A DNA stretch of 64,000 nucleotides, from assembly GCA_045652625.1 (NCBI GenBank), contig JAZRUR010000041.1:16494-80493 (forward strand), in the 5' to 3' direction. Both the position numbers and the translations under genes were made by a program. This document shows, piece by piece, positions 18,629-28,107 of this stretch (its first letter is position 1; each line of letters begins with the position of its first letter). The notes under the pieces were generated by a model. That model ran no database searches and was not told the DNA's origin. It saw only the letters and a list, made by a program, of their open reading frames with translations. The DNA is from Eubacteriales bacterium (lineage in GTDB: Bacteria > Bacillota > Clostridia > Oscillospirales > CAG-382).

Positions 18629-19912
18629 TTATTTTGTGGTAATAACAGCATTTTCCTTAACAAGATCAACTGCTTTACGAAGAACGATATCTTCAGAAAT
18701 GCTTGTTTCGGGGATGCTAGACTTAACTGTTTCAATATCTACATTATAGCCGGAAGCAATCTTCTTATATTCAGCCTCGATATCCTTTTTAAGTGCCTTG
18801 ATCTTTTCGGTCTTGACAATCTTGGAAAGTGCAAGTCTTGTTTTTACTTGCTTTTCAGCGTCAGCCTTGAAGTTTTCGCGAAGTTGTTCCATAGTCATAC
18901 CGGTGTATTGGAAGTACATATCAAGACTACCGCCCTGCGATTGCAAACGGTATTCATAGTCGCGAATATAACCGTCAACTTCCTGTTCGATCATGCAAGC
19001 AGGAATATCGGTTTCGGTATTTGCTAAAAGCGCATCGATAAGCGCGGTTTCAAGTTTGCTTTCTGCCGACTTTTCTTTACGTTCGGTAAGTTTTGCTTTA
19101 ACGTCAGCCTTATATTCGTCAACAGTATTGAACTCGGAAACATCTTTTACAAATTCATCGTCGAGTTCAGGAAGTTCCTTAACCTTGAGTTCGTGAAGTT
19201 TGATTTTGAATACAACTTCTTTACCTGCGAGGTTTTCTGCACCGTAATCTTCAGGGAAGGTTACGTTGATATCAAATTCTTCGCCAACGCTCTTGCCGAT
19301 GATCTGTTCTTCAAAACCGGGAATAAAACTACCGCTGCCGATTCCGAGAGGATACTTTTCACCCTTGCCGCCATCAAAAGCAACACCGTCAAGAAAACCT
19401 TCAAAATCGATGATCGCTTGGTCGCCATCCTTAGCAGGACGATCTTCTACGGTAAGCATACGGGAATTACGTTCGCGTGTTGCGTCGATATCTTTCATGA
19501 TATCTTCTTCAGTTATTTCAACGGTTTCCTTTTCAACTTCAAGACCCTTATACGAAGAAATTTCAACCGAAGGCTTTGTCCAAACAGCAGCCTTTAACTT
19601 AACGCCTTTATCATCAATGGAAACAACGTCAAGTTCGGGACGGCTTACAACATCAAGTTTGGTAGAAGCAAGTGCATTTTCGTATGCTTCGGGAAGAAGG
19701 TTATCCAAAGCCTCATCGTAAAATACGGTTGCACCGTAAAGTTTTTCGATAACATGCTTGGGCGCTTTACCCTTACGGAAACCGGGTACATTCATTTTAG
19801 AAACATTTTTACGGTAAACTTTATTTACCTCTGCATCGAAAGTTTCCTTTTCGATAAGAAATTCGAACTCATACTTATTCTTTTCGAGTTCTTTTGCTTT
19901 GATAGATGCCAT
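18629..19912 (-). CDS. tig: Trigger factor
   Basis: The ribosome-binding motif PGFRKGKAP, a central FKBP-like PPIase region and the canonical tig-clpP-clpX order. Confidence 0.95.
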   Translation of the reverse strand: MASIKAKELEKNKYEFEFLIEKETFDAEVNKVYRKNVSKMNVPGFRKGKAPKHVIEKLYGATVFYDEALDNLLPEAYENALASTKLDVVSRPELDVVSIDDKGVKLKAAVWTKPSVEISSYKGLEVEKETVEITEEDIMKDIDATRERNSRMLTVEDRPAKDGDQAIIDFEGFLDGVAFDGGKGEKYPLGIGSGSFIPGFEEQIIGKSVGEEFDINVTFPEDYGAENLAGKEVVFKIKLHELKVKELPELDDEFVKDVSEFNTVDEYKADVKAKLTERKEKSAESKLETALIDALLANTETDIPACMIEQEVDGYIRDYEYRLQSQGGSLDMYFQYTGMTMEQLRENFKADAEKQVKTRLALSKIVKTEKIKALKKDIEAEYKKIASGYNVDIETVKSSIPETSISEDIVLRKAVDLVKENAVITTK

Positions 19913-19951
19913 TACGGATCCTCCAAAATAAACATATTATTACATCTATTT

Positions 19952-19979
19952 ATTTTAACAAATTTTCCCTAAAAGTCAA
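19952..19979 (-). promoter_or_regulatory. Putative sigma-A promoter of tig-clpP-clpX
   Basis: The minus strand reads TTGACT (19979-19974), a 16-nt spacer, then TGT-TAAAAT (-10 at 19957-19952, extended -10). Confidence 0.5.
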
Positions 19980-20048
19980 GTGTTTTTAAGGATTTATACA
20001 CGTTTTTGAATCTTTTGTAACGATTTTTGAAATTATATTGTTTCGCGG

Positions 20049-20077
20049 TTGATTTTTTATGTAATTTTGTATATAAT
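20049..20077 (+). promoter_or_regulatory. Putative sigma-A promoter of the sortase gene
   Basis: TTGATT (20049-20054), a 17-nt spacer, then TATAAT (20072-20077), about 25 nt upstream of the AGGAGG RBS. Confidence 0.5.
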
Positions 20078-20101
20078 ATGCAGAGAAAGGAGGCGGTTAA
20101 T

Positions 20102-21073
20102 ATGTCCGAAATTAAAAACTCATCTGTTTTCGAGGAATCGGTTTCTTCTTTTTCGCATCATGATGTTAAAATTGATACTGATGAAGAAAAACGTGCACTG
20201 CTGCCCTCGCTTATCGTACGTTGTATAATGATAGCACTGTGCATTGCGTTATTAGGTTATTCCGTATTCATGATCGCCTCAAGTGCATTTGAAACCAACA
20301 GCGCAAACGATTTTTATGACAGTCTACGCGCCGATGCCAATGCCTCGGCTGTTAAGCCGTCGCCTTCCCTGCTCGAGCCGGCGTCCTTACTTACTATGAA
20401 AGAGACGCTTAATGCCGAAGGCGAGGCAAAAAATTATGTTTTGGGCGACGATCCCGTACAAGACCCACAAAGAAGAAGTTCTATCTTCCGTAATTTTATT
20501 AACAAAACTTCAAAATATCCCGATATGTATGCTTGGATATATGTTAATCATACAAAAATCGATTACCCTGTTATGAAAGGTCCGTACTCCAACTATTACA
20601 TGGAACGTGACATAAACGGCAATATAACTGCAAACGGCAGTATAACCGCCGATTCAGCACTTTCCGATGTGTATGCCGACAACCTAAACAACGTCCTCTA
20701 CGGACACTGTATGAAAAACGGTATGATGTTCAGAACGCTTAAAACCTTTATGGAAAGCGCTAACAGAAACACATTGGCAAAGGATATGAACATCGAAATA
20801 TATACCAAAGAAGGCTTATACATTTACAAAGTATTGAGCGGATATCGCAACGATGACAACGCTTATGCCGAAACCGATTTTGAGAGCGCCGAAGACTATA
20901 AAGTGTTTCTTGACCGAGCCGTTTCAAGAAACGAACTTCGCGTTTCTTATGGCTATTCATCGGAATCAAAAATCGTCACACTCATTACATGTGCAAACGT
21001 AACATCGAATGAAGATGAGCGTTATATACTTCACGGTGTTCTAACATCATTTATCCCCGCAAATCAATTATAA
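20102..21073 (+). CDS. Class B sortase-like transpeptidase with an N-terminal TM anchor
   Basis: The ATG at 20102 follows AAAGGAGG. It has a TM segment LIVRCIMIALCIALLGYSVFMIA, a His context NVLYGHCMKNGMMF and the catalytic Cys motif VTLITCAN. Confidence 0.75.
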   Translation: MSEIKNSSVFEESVSSFSHHDVKIDTDEEKRALLPSLIVRCIMIALCIALLGYSVFMIASSAFETNSANDFYDSLRADANASAVKPSPSLLEPASLLTMKETLNAEGEAKNYVLGDDPVQDPQRRSSIFRNFINKTSKYPDMYAWIYVNHTKIDYPVMKGPYSNYYMERDINGNITANGSITADSALSDVYADNLNNVLYGHCMKNGMMFRTLKTFMESANRNTLAKDMNIEIYTKEGLYIYKVLSGYRNDDNAYAETDFESAEDYKVFLDRAVSRNELRVSYGYSSESKIVTLITCANVTSNEDERYILHGVLTSFIPANQL

Positions 21074-21080
21074 TTCAACC

Positions 21081-21115
21081 AAAAAGAGCGTATGCGATAT
21101 GCATACGCTCTTTTT
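21081..21115. terminator. Bidirectional rho-independent terminator
   Basis: A 15-bp perfect stem pairs AAAAAGAGCGTATGC with GCATACGCTCTTTTT, with a 5-nt loop, between convergent genes. Confidence 0.8.
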
Positions 21116-21128
21116 AGTTGATAAAATT

Positions 21129-22301
21129 TCAATGAATATTTGTTTGTGATTCAAAATATTCATCCAAACCGCTTACGCTAAATGCAGGTACATAGGTACG
21201 GGCATATCGGTCATCGTCAATTAATTTATAGAATGCATAAAAGGGATAAACCAAGTTATTTTCAGGATTTGGAACATACTCTATACCAACTTTATCATAA
21301 TTTGAAAAATCCACTTCGGATTGATTTTTCATACACCTCTTACAAATATGCCCTCCGAAAACATATCCTTGGTTCAATAAAAACTCCGCGTCCTTAAGTG
21401 AAATTGTTTTATACGATCCAATTTCTTTCATTTTCGAAGAAGAACCGTAATAAAACAGCGTATTCAGTGAAATATACTCATCAGGATTAACACGTGAACC
21501 GATAGTCAAAGATATATGATTGCCTTCAAACAACGGTCTGCCATCAACAAAAAACTCTTTGTTATCGTTTGCATCATAAATGTAAACCTCATATTCATCA
21601 ACCGACGGTCTTTTACAAACAATTATATCATCATACTCTATACCAAATCGTTTTTGCAATGACGCTAGTAACTCTAAAACAGATTGATATACTTCGGAAT
21701 AGGTAGCGTTTTTGTTAAGAAATATCGTTTTGCCGTCAATATATATTGATTCTTCTAATGTTCCCCCCATTTCTATTTCATAATAATCTGAAGTAATATT
21801 CGGGAATTCTAAAGCAGATAGTTTTTCCCCATTAGGAAGCGAACCGAGCATAACACTATCAAGTGATTCAAACCTTAAAACCTGATAAGCACTTGTGAAT
21901 GCATCCATGCGATCAGGGAAAAAGTCGGCTATTTCCGAAGCCGTAAAATCCCCTTCCTCGTTATTGTATATAGGTGGGGTGTCCACGATTTCGTCACTCG
22001 ATGTATCGTCCGAAATATCTATGGACTCGATCATTGATGCACTAATATCACTGCTATCGTCTGTTGAGGATTCCGAATAAACAGAAATTGTATCATAACC
22101 GTCTATCGGTTCATCGGATTTGTTTATAAAATACGAAAGCGCAAACACAGTACTTACTAACAAAACAAGGCAAGCCGCAACCAAGATAACCCGCTTAATA
22201 GCAGCGCTATGACGCTTTTGCGGAACATAATTAGGCGAAATTGCCTCGATATATTTGCTCGAAACATAAGAAAGTGATGTAAATATATCAATACCTTTCA
22301 T
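21129..22301 (-). CDS. Putative anti-sigma factor: single-pass membrane protein with a large extracytoplasmic domain of unknown function
   Basis: 390 aa. A short cytoplasmic N-terminus is followed by one TM segment (VILVAACLVLLVSTVFALSYFI). The gene overlaps the upstream ECF-type sigma gene by 4 nt (ATGA). The anti-sigma role is inferred from context only. Confidence 0.5.
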   Translation of the reverse strand: MKGIDIFTSLSYVSSKYIEAISPNYVPQKRHSAAIKRVILVAACLVLLVSTVFALSYFINKSDEPIDGYDTISVYSESSTDDSSDISASMIESIDISDDTSSDEIVDTPPIYNNEEGDFTASEIADFFPDRMDAFTSAYQVLRFESLDSVMLGSLPNGEKLSALEFPNITSDYYEIEMGGTLEESIYIDGKTIFLNKNATYSEVYQSVLELLASLQKRFGIEYDDIIVCKRPSVDEYEVYIYDANDNKEFFVDGRPLFEGNHISLTIGSRVNPDEYISLNTLFYYGSSSKMKEIGSYKTISLKDAEFLLNQGYVFGGHICKRCMKNQSEVDFSNYDKVGIEYVPNPENNLVYPFYAFYKLIDDDRYARTYVPAFSVSGLDEYFESQTNIH

Positions 22302-22849
22302 TTATATAATCCTTTCTCAATCAAATGTTTTTTCAGCCGTTTTCGCATACGTGACAAGCGCATCTTCGCACTTGCTTCACTTATACCAAGAATACGCGCA
22401 GTGTCAAAAAACGAATTTGCTTCATAATATCTAAGCAAGAATAATTTTCGATTAACTGTATCTTCGTTAGCAAGAAAACTATTAATCGCATCTGCAAGTT
22501 CGTAATTGGACGCTTCAACGGACGAAGAAGCGATACAATTTTCCAACTCCTCGAAGACGGCCGTCAAGCCCCTGCGCTTCTCTGAAGAGAGGTATCTATA
22601 TCGGTCTAACGCAATATTCCGCGTTATTACCGAAAGATAGGCAAACAAGTTATCAGGATATTTAGGCGGAACTGTATTCCAAAGACGTAAAAGCGCATCA
22701 TTAAAACACTCTTCTGCATCGGATTCGTTACCAAGAATATTGTGAGCGATACGAATACATGACAGTGCATATTTTTGTTGCACTTCTGCCAGAGCCGTTT
22801 CCGAGCGCTCAAATAACAAACGGATTATTTCGTTATCGTTCACAATCAA
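22298..22849 (-). CDS. RNA polymerase sigma-70 family factor, ECF-like
   Basis: 183 aa. Region 2-like AEECFNDALLRLWN and region 4 helix-turn-helix ARILGISEASAKMRLSRMRKRLK. Confidence 0.8.
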   Translation of the reverse strand: MIVNDNEIIRLLFERSETALAEVQQKYALSCIRIAHNILGNESDAEECFNDALLRLWNTVPPKYPDNLFAYLSVITRNIALDRYRYLSSEKRRGLTAVFEELENCIASSSVEASNYELADAINSFLANEDTVNRKLFLLRYYEANSFFDTARILGISEASAKMRLSRMRKRLKKHLIEKGLYK

Positions 22850-22920
22850 TCCCTCCTTTTTTTGCCTTTCACTTATTATGACGTATTTTTTTAGAAAAAG
22901 TAACGCTGGAACATAAATTT

Positions 22921-22947
22921 AAAAGAGGCTATACAAGATAGCCTCTT
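22921..22947 (-). terminator. Rho-independent terminator after the glycerate kinase gene
   Basis: A 9-bp stem pairs AGAGGCTAT with ATAGCCTCT, with a 5-nt loop. The minus strand continues with TTTT. Confidence 0.6.
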
Positions 22948-22959
22948 AGTTTAATACTA

Positions 22960-24069
22960 TCAACTTAAACAACGAGCAACAATCACCCGTGTTTTTTCAA
23001 CCAAAAGTTCGTACGCGTGCGTAATACAGTAATCCACGCTGTATTCGTCCGACACCAGAGAATAGCATTCATTTGCGCCAATGTCGTAGAGCGATTCATA
23101 TCCGTCGGAAAGGCCGCCGGATAACACGACCGACTTAACACCTGTGTTTTTCGCCGCCGTAACTACTACGCTAACCAACTTGCCAAATGCGGTTTGGGAA
23201 TCCGAATTACCCTCACCTGTTATAAGCAAATCGGAACATGTTAATGCCTTTTTAAATTCATTGGAATTAACCAGCAAAGATGCACCGCTTACGTATCTTC
23301 CGTTAAGAACCGAAAGTATCGCAGCACCCACACCACCTGCCGCGCCCGAACCCGAAAGGTTGGGGTCAATACCAACTGCTGTCGCAAAAGAGAGTGCAGA
23401 CAAATCAAGAAACTTCACATCGTCCTCACTTGCGCCCTTTTGACGCGAAAACACTTCTGCCGCGCCGTTCTTGCCGCAAAGCGGATTTTTCACATCACAA
23501 GCAGCAGTGAAGGTTATTCTCGACAAATCGATCATGTTGGTACGGTCTGCCGATTTAACTTTGTTCATCGAAGCAGCAATAGGTTTTAATTCCTCGCCAT
23601 TTTCATCAAGAAACCTCATACCCATTGCCGCAAGCATACCGATACCGCAATCGTTAGTTGCCGAGCCACCTAACCCTACGATTATATTCGTCGCACCGAG
23701 TTTTATAGCCTCGCAAATAAGTTCGCCTGTTCCGTATGTAGACGCAAGTAAAATATTACGTTGTTCTTTAGGCACAAGGGGCAAACCCGAAGCGGCGGCA
23801 AGTTCGATAAACGCAGTTTGGGTCTTACTATTATATACGAATTCAGCAGTTCCGCGATTTCCTAAAGGGTATGTAACTTCCTTCTTTAACGTTTCGCCGC
23901 CGTAAATATTCTTCATACAATCGCAAAAACCCTCACCGCCGTCAGATGAAGGAAATTGCACAACTTGAATATCCTTTGAAACTTTATTTATGCCTCGTGT
24001 CATTGCCTCGCAAACCTCTTTTGAGGTAAGACAGCCCTTATACGAATCGGGTGCTAGTAAAACACGCAT
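22960..24069 (-). CDS. glxK: Glycerate kinase
   Basis: N-terminal RVLLAPDSYKGCLTS, GGSATNDCGIGMLAA and LITGEGNSDSQTAFGK, typical of the glycerate kinase family. Confidence 0.9.
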   Translation of the reverse strand: MRVLLAPDSYKGCLTSKEVCEAMTRGINKVSKDIQVVQFPSSDGGEGFCDCMKNIYGGETLKKEVTYPLGNRGTAEFVYNSKTQTAFIELAAASGLPLVPKEQRNILLASTYGTGELICEAIKLGATNIIVGLGGSATNDCGIGMLAAMGMRFLDENGEELKPIAASMNKVKSADRTNMIDLSRITFTAACDVKNPLCGKNGAAEVFSRQKGASEDDVKFLDLSALSFATAVGIDPNLSGSGAAGGVGAAILSVLNGRYVSGASLLVNSNEFKKALTCSDLLITGEGNSDSQTAFGKLVSVVVTAAKNTGVKSVVLSGGLSDGYESLYDIGANECYSLVSDEYSVDYCITHAYELLVEKTRVIVARCLS

Positions 24070-24114
24070 TTACGCCTAAAAACTCCTTTCGGTGAGAAAT
24101 TCTTGCCGAAACAG

Positions 24115-24447
24115 TCAATCTCTGTAATATGTATAATAAGCCATGACGGTACGCTCTTTTCCCTGAACCTTATCAAACCCCGTCAAGGTTGCGCCGTCAA
24201 GCGACATAAATTCCCATGCCAAAAGTTCGTCCGCTTTACATACAAATAAAGTTTTACCACCGCTTACGACGGAAAAATCGCCCTCGTAAAGGCTAAGCAC
24301 ACCGCCTTTTCCAATCACGTAATCACCTTTAATAGGGTCACGTTCAAGTACATATTTTAAGGTTCGGCCGTCAAGTTTTTTGCACATGTATAGCCTGAAT
24401 TCAGGACTATTCGTGTCTTTGGGCGGTTTCTTTTTAAATCCAAACAT
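24115..24447 (-). CDS. Hypothetical soluble protein (110 aa)
   Basis: An ORF whose start overlaps the stop of the upstream GT2 gene by 1 nt. No motif recognised. Confidence 0.45.
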   Translation of the reverse strand: MFGFKKKPPKDTNSPEFRLYMCKKLDGRTLKYVLERDPIKGDYVIGKGGVLSLYEGDFSVVSGGKTLFVCKADELLAWEFMSLDGATLTGFDKVQGKERTVMAYYTYYRD

Positions 24448-25418
24448 TATTCAGGCTTGTCCTCTTCGGTTTCGGCAACGATATAATCGGGTCTGCGTTT
24501 TGTTTCCATATATGTCTTGGAAAGATACTGACCAAGTACACCCATACATAAGAGTTGCAAACCACCTACAAATAGGAATATACATATCATCGAAGCCCAA
24601 CCGCTAACAGACGAATGAGTATCAATAATTTTACGCACGATAATTGCCAACGCACCGATTATAGAGAGCAAAAACATCACAATACCGCTAAATGAACTAA
24701 TCGCCAACGGTGTTGTAGAAAATGCGACTATACAATCGAGAGAATAGCGGAACAATCCCCAGAAAGACCATTTAGTTTTTCCTGCGACACGTTCAATATT
24801 TTCGTATGTTATCCACTCCGTTTTGAATCCTACCCATTCGAAAATACCCTTCGAAAAACGGTTGTATTCGCAAAGCGAAAGAACAGCATCAACCATTCTT
24901 CTCGACATAAGTCTATAATCGCGAGCGGCAGGAACAAGTTTAACATCGGAAATTTTATTAACAATACCGTAAAAACAGTTTGCAAAGAAACTTCTTATAG
25001 GCGGTTCGCCCTTGCGGTCGCCGCGCCTTGTTGCAACCGAATCACATTTTTTCTCCTGAAGCAATGCCATCATTTTAGGCAACAAAGAGGGCGGGTCTTG
25101 CAAATCGGCATCCATGATTACCGCATAATCACCCTTAGCCGAGCGCAATCCTGCAAGCATACCTGCTTCCTTACCAAAATTGCGGGAGAATGATACATAA
25201 CGTGTACGAGCATCAACGTCTGCACGTGCCCTAAGAATATCGAGCGTTGCGTCTTTTGAACCGTCATTAACATATATCGCTTCAAAATCGTAATCAGGCA
25301 TTTCTGCAATCACTTTATCAAGTTCTTCAAAGAAATACGGCAAAGCCTCTGCTTCGTTATAACAAGGAACAATCACGCTAATAAGTTTTTTATTCATAAT
25401 TACTGTAAAACCCGTCAT
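24447..25418 (-). CDS. Glycosyltransferase family 2, polyprenyl-phosphate sugar synthase type (GtrB/DPM1-like) with a C-terminal TM pair
   Basis: SVIVPCYNEAEALP, VNDGSKDAT and MDADLQDPP, then two C-terminal TM helices. This is the typical bactoprenol glycosyltransferase architecture. The exact start is uncertain (25418 or 25394). Confidence 0.85.
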   Translation of the reverse strand: MTGFTVIMNKKLISVIVPCYNEAEALPYFFEELDKVIAEMPDYDFEAIYVNDGSKDATLDILRARADVDARTRYVSFSRNFGKEAGMLAGLRSAKGDYAVIMDADLQDPPSLLPKMMALLQEKKCDSVATRRGDRKGEPPIRSFFANCFYGIVNKISDVKLVPAARDYRLMSRRMVDAVLSLCEYNRFSKGIFEWVGFKTEWITYENIERVAGKTKWSFWGLFRYSLDCIVAFSTTPLAISSFSGIVMFLLSIIGALAIIVRKIIDTHSSVSGWASMICIFLFVGGLQLLCMGVLGQYLSKTYMETKRRPDYIVAETEEDKPE

Positions 25419-25564
25419 CTTTCTACGAATTTTATTATTTTTATACTATAAATATACCATACACATATTTATATGTCAATAACGGATATATTGTCTTGGT
25501 TCTTTTACGCAAAATCTTAATGATGACGCGTATTCGCTAAATAATACATTTTTTAAATCAAATT

Positions 25565-25599
25565 AAAAGGCTTCCGTATTTATCCTCCGGAAGCCTTTT
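25565..25599 (-). terminator. Rho-independent terminator after the mscS-capA-small ORF unit
   Basis: A 12-bp perfect stem pairs AAAAGGCTTCCG with CGGAAGCCTTTT, with an 11-nt loop, 4 nt downstream of the small ORF stop. Confidence 0.75.
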
Positions 25600-25602
25600 A
25601 TA

Positions 25603-25761
25603 TTATTCTTCGTTTTGTTCGTTATTATTGTTATTTTCTTGGTATTCTTCGTTTAAACGTCTTCTACGCGCATTCAGCAAAAAATATGCCGGTAAACCCA
25701 GAATCCCCATCGCCATGACAATAACAAATATGACTTGAAATACTTTTTCGATAATTTCCAT
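25603..25761 (-). CDS. Small membrane protein (52 aa), unannotated in the ORF track
   Basis: Translation: MEIIEKVFQVIFVIVMAMGILGLPAYFLLNARRRRLNEEYQENNNNNEQNEE. The ATG overlaps the capA stop (TAATG), a GGAGG lies 10 nt upstream, and a terminator follows directly. Confidence 0.5.
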   Translation of the reverse strand: MEIIEKVFQVIFVIVMAMGILGLPAYFLLNARRRRLNEEYQENNNNNEQNEE

Positions 25762-27158
25762 TATTGCTTTGCCTCCGTGACGATATAATCATCAGAGATG
25801 TCGGTATTAATTGCAAGTTCCAAAAGAAGTTCCATTTGTTCTTTCCCTTTTTCGCCTGAATTAATAAAAGTAAAACTGTTGGTTTGTTTCATAGGATAAA
25901 AAGTGTTGACCAACTCACCTTCGGGAGTGATTGTGGTTTTCAACATAGCGCAGGTGAGGTCATACGGAGAAAACGTAAAGTTCCCAAGACTGTAAACGAT
26001 AAGTTTGCCGTTATAGTGCTCTATTCCCTGCATACAATGCGAATGCATACCTACAACAACGTCGGCTCCTGCATCAACAAACGCTTTTCCCATGTGTTTT
26101 TGTCCGTGCGTAAGGACAGTTGTTATTTCTTCGCCCCAATGCACGTATGCGATCACGTAGTCCGCCTTCTCTTTAGCAGAAGAAATTTCTTTTTGCATCG
26201 AAACGGTATCGAATATTTGGAAAACACCGCTTAGGTTTTCCCTTGCACCACGCGTGCTGTATGGATCAATGGCAGTACCCGCAATGATCGCAATCTTGTA
26301 GCCGTTCACTATATAATAATACGGCGCTTTCGCCTCGTTAAGATTTTCACCTGCACCGACATGTGCAATCCCTGCATTATCAAGCGTCAAAAGTGTATCC
26401 GTAAGAGAGTCCGGTCCATAGTCAAACGCATGATTATTCGCAAGACCTACGATATCAACACCCATTTCATGATAGATCTTTACATTTTCGGGATTACCGC
26501 GAAACGTCCACATTTTATCGGGAATTGGCGAACCACGTTTAGAAAGGGTAAATTCGTTGTTCGCCATAGCGATCGTTGCCGAATTCATTATTTCCAAAAC
26601 TTCTTCGGAAACAAGACCTTTAGCACCTTTTTGACGCGCTTCATAAGCATACATTACGCTTGAACCGTCATTAAATGTCACATCACCAACAAACACAAGG
26701 TCGGTAACTCCGCTTTCGGTATTTTCTAACACAGCGGTGCGTTCAAGTTCATCATCTAAAATCGACAGAAATGCTTTTTCGCTATATCCGATCGAAGAAT
26801 GCAATTCCTTGCTGTCAACCTCGCCGTTTGAAAGTGCATTCGCTAATTTTTCTACAGAATCACTACCGAATTTTTCAGAAATGCGGTCTATATAATTCTT
26901 ATCAACCTTATCTGCAAATGAGGTTTTGAGATTGGACAAATTATTCAATATTTCCTCGACTGCTAATTTGTAAGAGTCGAGATTTTCGGGTTTGCTGTTT
27001 GCTATTGGGTCGGAAACCGATTCGGGCGGCGGATTTACCGCAACCGGCGAATATGCACTGTTATCCTCATCATTTCCAAATAACGGCAACGCAAACACCA
27101 AACATAATAACAACGCAAGGCATAACGCAACTATACCAAAAATTTTAATTCTTTTCAT
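25761..27158 (-). CDS. CapA-family (PGA_cap metallophosphatase-like) membrane-anchored protein
   Basis: N-terminal TM segment. The metallophosphatase-like blocks are FVGDVTF, GLANNHAFDYG, VHWGEE and GMHSHCMQG. The ATG at 27158 overlaps the mscS stop (TGATG), and an alternative GTG lies at 27161. Confidence 0.8.
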   Translation of the reverse strand: MKRIKIFGIVALCLALLLCLVFALPLFGNDEDNSAYSPVAVNPPPESVSDPIANSKPENLDSYKLAVEEILNNLSNLKTSFADKVDKNYIDRISEKFGSDSVEKLANALSNGEVDSKELHSSIGYSEKAFLSILDDELERTAVLENTESGVTDLVFVGDVTFNDGSSVMYAYEARQKGAKGLVSEEVLEIMNSATIAMANNEFTLSKRGSPIPDKMWTFRGNPENVKIYHEMGVDIVGLANNHAFDYGPDSLTDTLLTLDNAGIAHVGAGENLNEAKAPYYYIVNGYKIAIIAGTAIDPYSTRGARENLSGVFQIFDTVSMQKEISSAKEKADYVIAYVHWGEEITTVLTHGQKHMGKAFVDAGADVVVGMHSHCMQGIEHYNGKLIVYSLGNFTFSPYDLTCAMLKTTITPEGELVNTFYPMKQTNSFTFINSGEKGKEQMELLLELAINTDISDDYIVTEAKQ

Positions 27159-27964
27159 CACTTATTCTGTATTCTCACATTAAGTTGAGGATATGGGATT
27201 TCAATATTTGCATTCTTAAATGCATTACGGACACCTTTTACAAGTTCTTCGCGAACTGCCCAATAATTTGCGCTTTCACACCATACACGTATCGCGTATT
27301 TAATTCCGTTTTCTCCGCAATCGAGCATTACAGCAGCCGCCTGAGGATCTTTTAATACTTTGTCACAAGCGTTAGCAACCTCGAGCATTGTTGCCTTTAC
27401 AGCGTCAACGTCACTTTCGTAATCCGCAGTGAATTCAACATCAACGCGGCGAAGTTCTTCGGCAGAATAATTTGTTATGACCGAATTGGTCAGACCGCCA
27501 TTCGGAACAGTAATAACCTTATTATCAACTGTTACAATAACCGTATAAAATACAGATATCTCGCGTACAGTGCCGGAAGCACCCTGCGCTTCAATATAGT
27601 CACCTGCACGGAAAGGACGAAACAAAAGTATCATTATACCGCCTACAAGATTAGAAAGCGCGCCTTGTACAGCAAGACCTATAGCAACACCTGCAGATGC
27701 AATAAGTGCTATAACAGAACTCATAGGTACACCAAGTATCGCGATAACCGATACAACCACTACTATCTTTAACGAAATAGAAATGAAACTCGCGATGAAA
27801 CCCGCGGCTGACGGATCAATATTTTTGAATATTTTTCCGCTTTTTATGCGTTTTGAAATAATATTTACAATTTTAAATCCTATCACAAAGACAAGTAACG
27901 CACAAATAAGATTTTTAGCCAACGGGATAACAAGTGCGGACATGTCTTTCAAAATCTGTTCCAT
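27158..27964 (-). CDS. mscS: Small-conductance mechanosensitive channel (MscS family)
   Basis: Three N-terminal TM helices and the conserved LFRPFRAGDYIE beta-domain motif. The ATG at 27964 lies 9 nt after GGAGGA and is preferred over the TTG at 27973. Confidence 0.85.
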   Translation of the reverse strand: MEQILKDMSALVIPLAKNLICALLVFVIGFKIVNIISKRIKSGKIFKNIDPSAAGFIASFISISLKIVVVVSVIAILGVPMSSVIALIASAGVAIGLAVQGALSNLVGGIMILLFRPFRAGDYIEAQGASGTVREISVFYTVIVTVDNKVITVPNGGLTNSVITNYSAEELRRVDVEFTADYESDVDAVKATMLEVANACDKVLKDPQAAAVMLDCGENGIKYAIRVWCESANYWAVREELVKGVRNAFKNANIEIPYPQLNVRIQNK

Positions 27965-28079
27965 AAAAATCAATCCTCCAAAATCATATTATACTAATTT
28001 ATAATAGTCAATTTATCCTACAAAGTCAACATATATTAAAAAATACGCTTTATATTATTAGGAAAATATCCGCATTATA

Positions 28080-28107
28080 TTGACTTTTCTCAGCAATTTG
28101 ATATACT
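28080..28107 (+). promoter_or_regulatory. Putative sigma-A promoter of the parA operon
   Basis: TTGACT (28080-28085), a 16-nt spacer, then TGA-TATACT (extended -10, 28102-28107), within a very AT-rich 178-bp divergent intergenic region. Confidence 0.4.
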
